Assembly: GCA_026984335.1 (NCBI GenBank)
Contig: JALSSK010000318.1
Coordinates: 1-48,471, forward strand
DNA: 48,471 nt
Reading direction: 5' to 3'
Source of the DNA: Rhodothermales bacterium
GTDB taxonomy: Bacteria; Bacteroidota; Rhodothermia; Rhodothermales; ISCAR-4553
Position 1 is the stretch's first letter; each line of letters opens with the position of its first letter. Both the position numbers and the translations under genes were made by a program. Shown here piece after piece: positions 36,866 through 45,674 of the stretch. Under the pieces are notes generated by a model, which saw only the letters and a program-made list of their open reading frames with translations, was not told the DNA's origin and did no database searches.

Positions 36866-37135
36866 GGCGTTCCTGCGGAAGCATGCCGCTTTCGGTCAAC
36901 CCCCTGAGTTCCTGACGGCGACCGCACGCGAGCCTCCCGACGACGCACGGCATGGATGTCCGGGGGTATGGGCGAAAGCCGTTTCTCGGTCAACGCCGCA
37001 AGTTCCCGACGGTGAGCGCTTGACGCGAACGGTATGGGAGAAAACCATTTTTCGGCCCATCCCGTGAGTTCCTGACGGCGAGCCGTCGGGCGAGCCAATG
37101 ACGCGCCGAAGGCGCACGGGCCGGCGAGCAATCCT
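36866..37135. repeat. Tandem array of three diverged 66-94 bp intergenic repeat units
   Basis: The exact 17-mer TGAGTTCCTGACGGCGA occurs at 36905 and 37065, with the variant CAAGTTCCCGACGGTGA at 36999. GGTATGGG occurs at 36965 and 37031. T/CTCGG-T/C-C at 36891, 36985 and 37051 each follows a GAAA...TTTC hairpin. Confidence 0.65.
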
Positions 37136-37208
37136 GCGCCCCATGTCTTAACTTCCCGTCGCTCCTTCGGGATACGGTCCTTTTCCCCACCATTCCAAAG
37201 AAACAGCC

Positions 37209-40142
37209 ATGCCCGCCTTCGTTCGTGCCTCCGTTCTTTGTGTTCTTCTCACCCTTGCCGCCGTGCCCGGCCTCTTCGCGCAGGACGCCGCCGAGGAGCC
37301 GACGATGGAGACGCTCGTCCCCGCTACGCCCGCCGAAGCCCGGCTCGCGAGCGTGGCCCGGCGAGAGGCGCTCCGCGAAGCCTCCCTCGTGCAAAACGTC
37401 GCCTTCCGGAACGTCGGGCCGACGATCATGAGCGGGCGCGTGGTCGACATCGACGCGCGGCCCGAGGATCCGACCCACTTTTACGTCGCCTATGCCTCGG
37501 GCGGGCTGTGGAAGACCACGAACGACGGGCAGTCCTTCACCCCGCTCTTCGACGATCAGGCCGTGATGACCCTCGGCGACATCGCCGTCGACTGGAACCA
37601 CGGCGAGGTGATCTGGGCCGGCACCGGGGAAAACAACTCGAGCCGCTCCTCCTACGCCGGGGCGGGCGTCTACAAGTCCACCGACGGCGGCGCGACGTGG
37701 CGGCACATGGGCCTGTCCGAGACGCATCGCACGGGCCGCATCGTGCTTCACCCGGACGACCCGAACACGGTGTGGGTGGCCGCCGCCGGGCATCTCTATT
37801 CGCCCAACCCCGAACGCGGCGTCTACAAAACGACCGACGGCGGCGCGACGTGGCGGCAGACGCTCTTCGTCGACGACAACACCGGGGCCATCGACCTGGT
37901 GATCGACCCGAGCAACCCGAACACGCTGTACGCCGCGATGTGGCATCGTGAGCGCCGCGCGTGGAACTTCGTCGAAGGCGGCGAAGGCTCGGGCATCTAT
38001 AAATCCACCGACGGCGGCGAGACGTGGACGCGCCTGACCATCGAAGGCAGCGGCTTCCCGACCGGGCCGCTCGTCGGGCGCATCGGCCTGGCGGTCTATC
38101 CGGGCGATCCGAACATCGTCTTTGCCGTGCTCGACAACTACAACCGGCGTCCGCCCGAGGAGGAGGAAGAGAAGCCCGCCCTCACCCGTGAGATGCTCCG
38201 CACGATGACGCGCGAGGCGTTCATGGACGTCTCCGACGACGACCTCGAAGCCTTCCTCCGGGACAACGGCTTCCCCGAGAAATACACGGCGGCAACAGTG
38301 CGGGAGAGGATCCGGAAAGGCGAGATCATGCCCGTGGCGCTCGTCGATTATCTCCAGGACGCCAACGCGCAGCTCTTCGAGACGCCGGTCATCGGCGCCG
38401 AAGTCTATCGCTCCGATGACGGCGGCGCGACGTGGCGGCGCACGCACGACGACTACATCGACGGGGTGTACTATTCGTACGGCTACTATTTCGGGCAAAT
38501 CCGCGTCGCGCCCGAGACGCCCGACCGGCTGTACATCATGGGCGTGCCGATCCTCAAGTCGGAAGACGGCGGGCAGACGTGGGCGAGCATCAACCGGGAG
38601 AACGTCCACGCCGACCATCACGCGCTGTGGGTGGATGCGCGCCGCCCGGGGCATCTCATCAACGGGAACGACGGCGGCGTCCACGTCTCGTACGACGACG
38701 GCGAGACGTGGACGAAGGCCAATGCGCCCGCCGTCGGGCAGTTCTATAACGTCGCCGTCGATGACGCGAAGCCGTACAACGTCTACGGCGGGCTTCAGGA
38801 CAACGGCGTGTGGGTCGGACCGAGCACGTATGAATACAGCCTCCGATGGCAGGCCACGGGCGACTATCCATACGACTTCCTCCTCGGAGGCGACGGCATG
38901 CAGGTGGAGGTCGACACCCGCGACAATGCGACCGTGTACACCGGCTTTCAGTTCGGCAACTATTTTCGGGTGAACCGGCATACGGGCGAACGCGCGCGCA
39001 TCCGCCCGACCCATGAACTCGGCGAGCACCCGCCCCGCTTCAACTGGCAGACGCCGATCCATCTCTCGCGCCACAACCAGGACATCCTGTACATGGGCGC
39101 AAACCGGCTCTACCGCTCGATGAACCGGGGCGACGACTTCACGCCCATCTCCCCCGACCTCACCGCCGGTGGACGCCCCGGCGACGTGCCCTTCGGCACC
39201 CTCGCCACCATCGACGAGTCGCCCCTCGCGTTCGGGCTGATCTATACCGGGAGCGATGACGGCCTCATCCACGTCACGCGCGACGGCGGTGTGGCATGGA
39301 CGCGCATCTCGGACGATCTCCCGCAACACCTGTGGGTGAGCCGCGTGGAGGCCTCGCACCATGCCGAGGGGCGCGTCTACGCCGCCCTCAACGGCTATCG
39401 GTGGGACAACTTCGAGGCGTACGTCTATCGCTCCGACGACTACGGGCAGACGTGGACGCGCATCGGGACCGACCTCCCGCTCGAACCCGTCAACGTCGTC
39501 ACGGAGGATCCGGCGAACGAGGACGTGCTCTATGTGGGCACGGACCACGGCGTCTACGTCTCGCTCGACGGCGGCGCGTCGTTCATGATGATGGATCGGG
39601 GGCTGCCGTACGCGCCCGTCCACGACCTCGTCGTGCAGGCGCGGGAGAAGGACCTCGTCGTCGGCACGCACGGCCGCTCGATCTACGTCGCGAACGTCGA
39701 GCACGTGGAGGCGCTCACGCCGGAGATGCGCGAGAAGCCGGTCCACCTCTTTCCGATCGATGACGTCGTATATCGCGAAAACTGGGGCGAGCGCTTCGCC
39801 GGATGGGCCGAGTACAACGAACCGGAGATCGAACTGCCGTACTTCGCAGGGGCCGCCGGCTCGGCCGTGATCCGCGTCTCCACCGATGACGGGATGCTGC
39901 TTCGGGCTTTCACCGACGACGCCGAGCGCGGCTTGAACTATCCCGCGTACGACCTCACCGCCGACCCCGACCGCGCCGAGGCATACAATGAAAAGCAGAC
40001 CGGCGAGGACGCGAAAAAGATGGAAGCCGCCGCCAACGGGAAGGTTTACCTGCTCCCGGGCACGTACACCGTCGAGGTGACGATGAACGGCGAGACGGCG
40101 AGCGGCACGCTCACGATCAAAGAGCCTCGCCGTCGTCGCTGA
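37209..40142 (+). CDS. Secreted BNR/Asp-box repeat protein (sortilin/VPS10-like beta-propeller)
   Basis: Signal peptide MPAFVRASVLCVLLTLAAVPGLFA. At least 8 S/T-x-D-G-G-x-T-W boxes (STDGGATWRH, TTDGGATWRQ, STDGGETWTR, and others). Confidence 0.85.
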   Translation: MPAFVRASVLCVLLTLAAVPGLFAQDAAEEPTMETLVPATPAEARLASVARREALREASLVQNVAFRNVGPTIMSGRVVDIDARPEDPTHFYVAYASGGLWKTTNDGQSFTPLFDDQAVMTLGDIAVDWNHGEVIWAGTGENNSSRSSYAGAGVYKSTDGGATWRHMGLSETHRTGRIVLHPDDPNTVWVAAAGHLYSPNPERGVYKTTDGGATWRQTLFVDDNTGAIDLVIDPSNPNTLYAAMWHRERRAWNFVEGGEGSGIYKSTDGGETWTRLTIEGSGFPTGPLVGRIGLAVYPGDPNIVFAVLDNYNRRPPEEEEEKPALTREMLRTMTREAFMDVSDDDLEAFLRDNGFPEKYTAATVRERIRKGEIMPVALVDYLQDANAQLFETPVIGAEVYRSDDGGATWRRTHDDYIDGVYYSYGYYFGQIRVAPETPDRLYIMGVPILKSEDGGQTWASINRENVHADHHALWVDARRPGHLINGNDGGVHVSYDDGETWTKANAPAVGQFYNVAVDDAKPYNVYGGLQDNGVWVGPSTYEYSLRWQATGDYPYDFLLGGDGMQVEVDTRDNATVYTGFQFGNYFRVNRHTGERARIRPTHELGEHPPRFNWQTPIHLSRHNQDILYMGANRLYRSMNRGDDFTPISPDLTAGGRPGDVPFGTLATIDESPLAFGLIYTGSDDGLIHVTRDGGVAWTRISDDLPQHLWVSRVEASHHAEGRVYAALNGYRWDNFEAYVYRSDDYGQTWTRIGTDLPLEPVNVVTEDPANEDVLYVGTDHGVYVSLDGGASFMMMDRGLPYAPVHDLVVQAREKDLVVGTHGRSIYVANVEHVEALTPEMREKPVHLFPIDDVVYRENWGERFAGWAEYNEPEIELPYFAGAAGSAVIRVSTDDGMLLRAFTDDAERGLNYPAYDLTADPDRAEAYNEKQTGEDAKKMEAAANGKVYLLPGTYTVEVTMNGETASGTLTIKEPRRRR

Positions 40143-40187
40143 TCCGGGACCGCCGCTTCCTTCCGAACTTCAATCACGGAACGCATC

Positions 40188-40910
40188 ATGAACCTTCGCC
40201 CCTTCCTCCCGATGCTCGGCCTCCTCTTTGCCGCGACGGCCCTCGCGCAGCCCTCCGCCGAGGAGGTCGTTCGCAGAAGCATCGCGTATCACGACCCCGC
40301 CGGGGTGTGGATGACGCGCGCGCACCACCTCACGCTCATCGAGACCCGTCCCGGCGGCAAGGACCGGAAAACTTCGCTCGTGCTCGACTATCCGACGGGC
40401 GGCTTCTCGTACCGCTCCGAGCGCGAGGGGCGCGTCGTCGAGGCGGCGTCCGACGGCGAGCACTGTTCGGCCACGCTCGACGGCTCCGCCGACATCCCCG
40501 ACGACCTCCGCGAACGCTACCGGCTCTCGTGCGAGGGCGTGCAGTGGTGGCACGCGTATTACGGCTACATGCACAGCCTCCCGATGAACCTCGCCGACCC
40601 CGGCGTCCGCCTCGATCCCGAAGTGAAGACCACGACGTTCGCCGGGCGCGAGGCCTACGTCGTCCGCGTCACGTACGAAGAGCCCGGCTCCGACACGTGG
40701 TACTTCTACTTCGACCCGGTCACGCACGCCCTCGTCGGAAGCCGCTTTTACCACGACGAAAGCGCGAACGACGGCGAGTACATCGTCTTCGAGGACGAGG
40801 TGGCGCACGACGGCATCCGCCTGCCGAAGACCATGAAATGGCACGTCAACGCCGACGACCGCTTCCTCGGCGCGGACATCATCGAGGCCTATGCCCACGA
40901 CGGTTCGTGA
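40188..40910 (+). CDS. Secreted hypothetical protein
   Basis: Signal peptide MNLRPFLPMLGLLFAATALA. 240 aa with protein-like composition. No family confidently recognised. Confidence 0.6.
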   Translation: MNLRPFLPMLGLLFAATALAQPSAEEVVRRSIAYHDPAGVWMTRAHHLTLIETRPGGKDRKTSLVLDYPTGGFSYRSEREGRVVEAASDGEHCSATLDGSADIPDDLRERYRLSCEGVQWWHAYYGYMHSLPMNLADPGVRLDPEVKTTTFAGREAYVVRVTYEEPGSDTWYFYFDPVTHALVGSRFYHDESANDGEYIVFEDEVAHDGIRLPKTMKWHVNADDRFLGADIIEAYAHDGS

Positions 40911-40916
40911 GCGCGT

Positions 40917-41528
40917 TCAACGGTTCGTGCGCGTGGCCGTCGTCGCTTCTTCGGCTTCGGCCGAGAGGTCGAACTTGAGGCCGATCCAGTCTTTCACCTT
41001 GACCATGAGGAGCGAAGGCCGCTCCATGTCGAAGTCGGTGATCTTCACGTCGAACGCGCCTTCGGCACGGAGCCGATCCCCGTCTCGCATCACCTTCGCC
41101 ACCGTCTCGATGGGCTTCGTGACGCCGTGAAACGTGAGGTTCCCCCGGATGCGCCAGAAAGCGTCCGCCTCACCGTCGGCGACCGAGTCGATGGGCGTCA
41201 CGTCGGTGGCGTCGAAGATCACCTTGGGGTAGAGATAGAACTCCACCACTTCGGCCATGTGCGAGTCGCGGTTCCGGTTGCCGCTGTCGAACGTGAGCAC
41301 CGGGATCTCGACGTGGATCGCCGTCACGGCGCCGTCCGGTCCGATCTCGACCGTTCCGGTGGCGCTATGGCTGACGCCGTCCCATTTGTGCGCGGGATGG
41401 TCCATCGCATACGTGACGGTGCTTTCTTTCGGGACGATGTGATACACCGTTTGCGCCGAGGCGGTGAGCGGAAGCGCGAGAAGAAGCGTGAGGAGCGCGC
41501 CGAGGCAGCACGAGAGGCGAGTGTTCAT
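40917..41528 (-). CDS. YceI-family periplasmic (polyisoprenoid-binding) protein
   Basis: Signal peptide, then YHIVPKESTVTYAMDHPAHKW...LTFHGVTKPI...FDVKITDFDM, a typical YceI pattern. Start at ATG 41528. Confidence 0.85.
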   Translation of the reverse strand: MNTRLSCCLGALLTLLLALPLTASAQTVYHIVPKESTVTYAMDHPAHKWDGVSHSATGTVEIGPDGAVTAIHVEIPVLTFDSGNRNRDSHMAEVVEFYLYPKVIFDATDVTPIDSVADGEADAFWRIRGNLTFHGVTKPIETVAKVMRDGDRLRAEGAFDVKITDFDMERPSLLMVKVKDWIGLKFDLSAEAEEATTATRTNR

Positions 41529-41620
41529 GAGGAATCGAGGGTTGTCGTCGGGATACGCAGGGTTCCGTCGATGCGGACGGCATGGGTGTTCGGTGCGCCG
41601 GGGATGCGGGGAGGGAGGGC

Positions 41621-42427
41621 TCATTTGAAGAACGTCACCACGATCATTCCCGCGCTGAAGGCGGCAAAAGTGGCATAACCGAGGGCCTGATGGGTCCGCA
41701 GCCGGGACCGCGAGCCGCCGCCCTCGTCGTCCGGCGCGAACATCGGGGTGAGGATCATGCCCGCAATGTGCAGGGCGGCGAAGATCTTGTGGAAGGTGAT
41801 GGTGTCGAGCCCGCCGCCGCCCCGTATGAGCTTCGGCGGAGAGGCGAAGGCCAGCGCCGCCGTGGCCGTATAGAGCCCGACCGTGAGCGAGACGGCGGAC
41901 GTGTGGAAATCTCCTTCGCCGCCGTTGAACGCCAGCTGCCCGGCGACGACCGTCGTCGCCATCGAGGCGACGGTGACGAGCCCGAGCGCCTGGTGGAGCG
42001 AGAGCATCTTCCGCCGGATCTTGACGATGCGCCGGAGGTCGTTGACGGGCTTGTCACGGTCCGTTTTGAAGATGCCGAGCGACCGGAAGAGTCCGTGCCG
42101 CCCCCAGAACCCCTTTTCGAGGAGCGACATGTGGAGCGTGTCGAGGGGCGAGCCGTCCCGCACACCCGGGCTCCATTCGGGCGTTGCGGAGCGCGTCGGA
42201 GCGGGAGCGAGGCGGACCGGGACGAGCGAGGCAGGCCGCACCGTCAGGCCCGGATGGATCATTTCCATGCGAAGCTCGACCCGGGTGAGGCGAACTTCGG
42301 GCGGAGGGGCGGCGGTCGAGTCGGGAGGGGCGGCGTGGGAGCAGTGGGGGAACGGAAGGAAAAGAATCGCGAGAACACCCGCAAGTCTCCACATGGCCGA
42401 CCTCATCAGTTTTGTGGGAAGGATCAT
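41621..42427 (-). CDS. Membrane protein, unknown function (N-terminal Pro/Ala-rich region plus 4 TM with conserved His)
   Basis: 268-aa ORF directly upstream of yceI. Repeated HQALG at the start of two helices and FHKIFAALHIAG in a third. The start is uncertain (42427, 42406 or 42394). Confidence 0.55.
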   Translation of the reverse strand: MILPTKLMRSAMWRLAGVLAILFLPFPHCSHAAPPDSTAAPPPEVRLTRVELRMEMIHPGLTVRPASLVPVRLAPAPTRSATPEWSPGVRDGSPLDTLHMSLLEKGFWGRHGLFRSLGIFKTDRDKPVNDLRRIVKIRRKMLSLHQALGLVTVASMATTVVAGQLAFNGGEGDFHTSAVSLTVGLYTATAALAFASPPKLIRGGGGLDTITFHKIFAALHIAGMILTPMFAPDDEGGGSRSRLRTHQALGYATFAAFSAGMIVVTFFK

Positions 42428-42515
42428 CGAGCGACAGGCGGTCGCAAGGATGCGAATGAAGTGGCAACGGGCATCGCCGGGGAGGGTTCTCAGGCTTTGA
42501 TGAGAGAATGATGAG

Positions 42516-42550
42516 AAAAAAACGGCCCCCGGCGCGAGCGCCGAGGACCG
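42516..42550 (-). terminator. Strong Rho-independent terminator of the FG-GAP/T9SS gene
   Basis: On the minus strand: CGGTCCTCGGCG-ctcg-CGCCGGGGGCCG. This is a 12-bp stem whose two non-Watson-Crick pairs are G-U only in the minus-strand RNA. T7 follows. Confidence 0.7.
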
Positions 42551-42607
42551 TGTGACCGAGGCGGAGAAAGGACGCGGGAGAGGCGTTTTCGGGATCCGCG
42601 ATCGGAG

Positions 42608-44647
42608 TCATTTCAGGAGCATCATACGCCGGGTCGCCTTGAAATCGGAGGTTTCGAGGACGTACAGATAGAGTCCCGCGCTCAGTTCGGACGCGTCGAA
42701 GGAGACGCGGTACCGTCCCGCCTCCCGGAAGCCGTCGGCGAGGGTGGCCACCTCTTGCCCGAGGAGGTTGAAGACGCGGAGCGAGACGCGGCCCGCCTCG
42801 GGGAGCGCAAAGGCGATCGTCGTCGAGGGATTGAACGGGTTGGGGTAGTTCGGGTCGAGCGCATACGCATCGGGGAGGCCCGCTCCGGCGACGACGGCAT
42901 CGAGCCGGGTCGTGGCGGTCTCGGCCTTTGCGCCGGGTGCGCCGAGGTCGGAAGCCCATCCCCGCGTCGCGACGGGGGCCGCCCCCGCCGCCTTCGAGAA
43001 GGGGAAGCCGTCGCTGTCGTCCGCCGTGGGGAACGTGCCCACGTTGCCGGTGAACGTGTAGTCTCCGGCCGGCGCGCCGCCGGGGATCGTCTGCGTCAGG
43101 GTGCGGGTGAGGTTTCCGCCGGCGGGGAGCGTCTTCGAGACCTGCGCGAGCATCCGGTTGATGCCGCCCGGCCCGTCGAGCGCGAGCCAGATGTCCACGG
43201 TCTGAGCGGAAGCCGAATGGTTCACGAGGTTCAGGTCATACGTGAAGCTCCCGCCGCCCGGAGGGATGACGATGTCGTTGCTCTCCGGCGTGAGCGTGAT
43301 CGTGACGTCGGGCGCGCCGGACGTCTGCATGAAGACGAAGTAGCTCTGACATCCGCCGAGGAAAAGGTCGAGCTTGCCGTCGTTGTCGATGTCGAGGACG
43401 CCGACGTCGAAGGTAGAGACGTTCCACGGGTTGTCCCGGCTGCCCCACGGATCGGCGAGCGAGCCGGAATGGAGGCCCTCATTGCGGAGCATCGTGAAGC
43501 GGCGCGAGGTGCCGCCGGTCGTGCACGTGGGGATGTCCACGTCCACGTCGGCGATGGCCAGGTCGAGGTCGCCGTCGTTGTCGAGGTCGGCGAGCTTCAC
43601 GTTGCCGCCGAAGCTGGTCGTGCGGGGCGAATCGGTGAGGGTGTTTTTCTGAAACTGCACCTGCACGTCGGGGATCACGTTCACGGCGAGGTCCACGTAG
43701 TCCTGCGCGTCATCGACGACGTACACGTCCATGAGGGCGTCGTCGTTCAGGTCGCCGGTGGTGAACATGTAGGGGGAGGTGCCGGGGATCTTCTCCCAGT
43801 TGGTGAAATGTCCCGTGCCGTCGTTGAAGAGGAGGAAGTTGCCGATGGCGTTCCAGGGGGAGACGCTGTTGAGCGTGGAGGTTTTGATGATGTCCCGGTC
43901 GCCGTCGTTGTCCATGTCGTGGATCTCGACGGAGGTGCCGAAGCCGGAGTTGCGGAGGTCGCCGAGGCGGGCGAGCGTCTCGTCGGTGAAGAAGCCCGCG
44001 CCGTCGTTCATCAGAAGCACGTCGAAGGAGACGCCGAACTCATTGTAGTTCGAGAAATACAGGTCGAGCGAGCCGTCCCCGTCGAGGTCGCCGGCCCACA
44101 CGGCGCAGAACTGGAGCGGCGCGACGGTGATGAGCGGGAGGCGGGTGTCGGATTCGTCGGCGAGGCCGAGCCAGTCGCCGTTGCCGTCGGCGCCGAGGTT
44201 GCGATACAACCGGGGTTGCCCGGCAAAGGTGTTCGCGATGATGAGGTCGTCCCACCCGTCGCCGTCGAAATCGCCCACGAACACGTCGCGGGCGTCGGTG
44301 GGCGTGGTGAGGAAGCCGGGTGCGTACTCGGCGGTGCGGTCGACGAGCGTGCCGTTCTCGTTGAGTAAAAGCACGTCCGTGCGCGCGCCGGGCGTGGAGA
44401 ACGGCTCCTTCCGCACGACGACCACGTCGTCCCATCCGTCCCGGTTGAAGTCCGTCACGCCAATGTCTTTTTCCTGGTCGTCGTTGAGCGTGACGGTGCT
44501 CAGGCTCAGGCGCGCGGCGGTATCATCCTGAAAATCGATCCACTGGCTCATACTGTCGGCGGGCACGACGGCCCAGATCAGGAGCAGGGCGAGGAGGCAA
44601 AGGTTCCTTGGCGTAGGCATGGCATCAGAGGGGGCAAGTGGCGGCAA
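42608..44647 (-). CDS. FG-GAP/VCBS repeat protein with T9SS C-terminal sorting domain
   Basis: Signal peptide. Six or more D-x-D/N-x-D-G-x-x-D calcium-binding FG-GAP motifs (DFNRDGWDD, GDFDGDGWDD, GDLDGDGSLD, HDMDNDGDRD, ADLDNDGDLD, LDIDNDGKLD). C-terminal PNPFNPSTTIAFALPEAGRVSLRVFNLLGQEV...LYLYVLE...RRMMLLK. Confidence 0.85.
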   Translation of the reverse strand: MPPLAPSDAMPTPRNLCLLALLLIWAVVPADSMSQWIDFQDDTAARLSLSTVTLNDDQEKDIGVTDFNRDGWDDVVVVRKEPFSTPGARTDVLLLNENGTLVDRTAEYAPGFLTTPTDARDVFVGDFDGDGWDDLIIANTFAGQPRLYRNLGADGNGDWLGLADESDTRLPLITVAPLQFCAVWAGDLDGDGSLDLYFSNYNEFGVSFDVLLMNDGAGFFTDETLARLGDLRNSGFGTSVEIHDMDNDGDRDIIKTSTLNSVSPWNAIGNFLLFNDGTGHFTNWEKIPGTSPYMFTTGDLNDDALMDVYVVDDAQDYVDLAVNVIPDVQVQFQKNTLTDSPRTTSFGGNVKLADLDNDGDLDLAIADVDVDIPTCTTGGTSRRFTMLRNEGLHSGSLADPWGSRDNPWNVSTFDVGVLDIDNDGKLDLFLGGCQSYFVFMQTSGAPDVTITLTPESNDIVIPPGGGSFTYDLNLVNHSASAQTVDIWLALDGPGGINRMLAQVSKTLPAGGNLTRTLTQTIPGGAPAGDYTFTGNVGTFPTADDSDGFPFSKAAGAAPVATRGWASDLGAPGAKAETATTRLDAVVAGAGLPDAYALDPNYPNPFNPSTTIAFALPEAGRVSLRVFNLLGQEVATLADGFREAGRYRVSFDASELSAGLYLYVLETSDFKATRRMMLLK

Positions 44648-44880
44648 CGAAGCAACGACGCGGAGAGCAGTCTGCCCAGAGAAAAGTGAATCTATGGCCG
44701 ACGCGGCTCGCGCCCCTTATGCGAACCGAAAAGAATGGCGGCGGCATACGGAAAGGGACCTCAAAATGCCGGATCCCCATACAAAAGTCAACCCCGTCCC
44801 CGGCGATCTCCCCCTCGGATCAGAGGAAAAGAGGAGCCGGAGACGGGGCGTCTTCGGGTGAGCGATCGGGTGAAAGGGGC

Positions 44881-45456
44881 CTAGAAGCCTACGTACTGCG
44901 GCGGGACGATGCCGTTGAGACGGAGATAGATCGCCGTCTGCCCGCGATGGTGCGTCACGTGGTCGCGCATGGTGAGGACGACCTGCTCTTTCGTGAAGTT
45001 CTGCTCGAAGAGGCTGATCGGTTCCTCGACTTCAGCCGTGGGCATGGCCCGGATGCACGCGGCGCAATAGTCGAACACCTCTCCGAGGGCGCTCGTGATC
45101 TCGGCCTTCGTCGTCGCGCCCTTGAGGTCGATATCGGGTTGCGGCAGACCGCTGACGCGGTTGCCGAAAAAGGCGTTGGCTCCGGCGATGTGGAGCATCT
45201 GTTCGGCAAACGTGCGGACCTCGGGCGTCGGCCTGAAATCGTACGTGTCTGCGGGCATGGCCTCGGCATAGGCGAGCGTGAACGCCCCCGCGCGTTCCCA
45301 CGTCGGCAGGAAGTCGCTCGCGAAATCGCGGAGCGCCCGGGTGCGGGCGGAGGAGGGGCGGGCAAGCGCCGGGGGGACGCCGCCGACGGTCAGCGCCGCC
45401 GCGCCGAGCGAAAGAGACTGGAGAAAACGGCGGCGTGCGGTGGTTCGGTTGGTCAT
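44881..45456 (-). CDS. DinB-family protein with twin-arginine signal
   Basis: MTNRTTARRRFLQSLSLGAAALTV...ALA carries a Tat motif. C-terminal VTHHRGQTAIYLRLNG is typical of the DinB/DinB_2 four-helix bundle. Confidence 0.8.
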   Translation of the reverse strand: MTNRTTARRRFLQSLSLGAAALTVGGVPPALARPSSARTRALRDFASDFLPTWERAGAFTLAYAEAMPADTYDFRPTPEVRTFAEQMLHIAGANAFFGNRVSGLPQPDIDLKGATTKAEITSALGEVFDYCAACIRAMPTAEVEEPISLFEQNFTKEQVVLTMRDHVTHHRGQTAIYLRLNGIVPPQYVGF

Positions 45457-45674
45457 GGCGAACGGGGGCTGAATGGAAAAGGGTCGGGGGGTAAGTGATT
45501 GTACACGGAGACCGGGTGAAGCAGGTTGCGTTTGCGCCTCGCGCTCGCGTGCGCCGTCGGCGCCGAGCGGGACCCATTCCCGGTCTCTCCCGTTTCACCG
45601 GCTTTCCTCCGACCTTTCTTTTCGACCCGGCGTGTGAGGCCCTGCACGCGCTGCCGACCCCATCCGACGAGATC

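Noticed and set aside
36866-37135. CRISPR array
   Set aside because: The units are 66-94 bp, diverged, contiguous with no unique spacers, and there are no cas genes. It is a tandem intergenic repeat instead.
36990-39746. 918-aa minus-strand ORF
   Set aside because: It is antisense to the BNR/sortilin-like gene, which has a signal peptide and at least 8 Asp-box repeats. The shadow-frame composition is Arg/Val/Asp/Pro-rich and no motifs are present.
42755-44368. 537-aa plus-strand ORF
   Set aside because: It is antisense to the FG-GAP/T9SS gene. The composition is Glu/Arg/Val/Gly-rich low complexity.
44841-44853. AGACG-ggg-CGTCT hairpin as the dinB-like terminator
   Set aside because: The stem is only 5 bp, and the nearest T-rich tract on the minus strand is 10 nt away.
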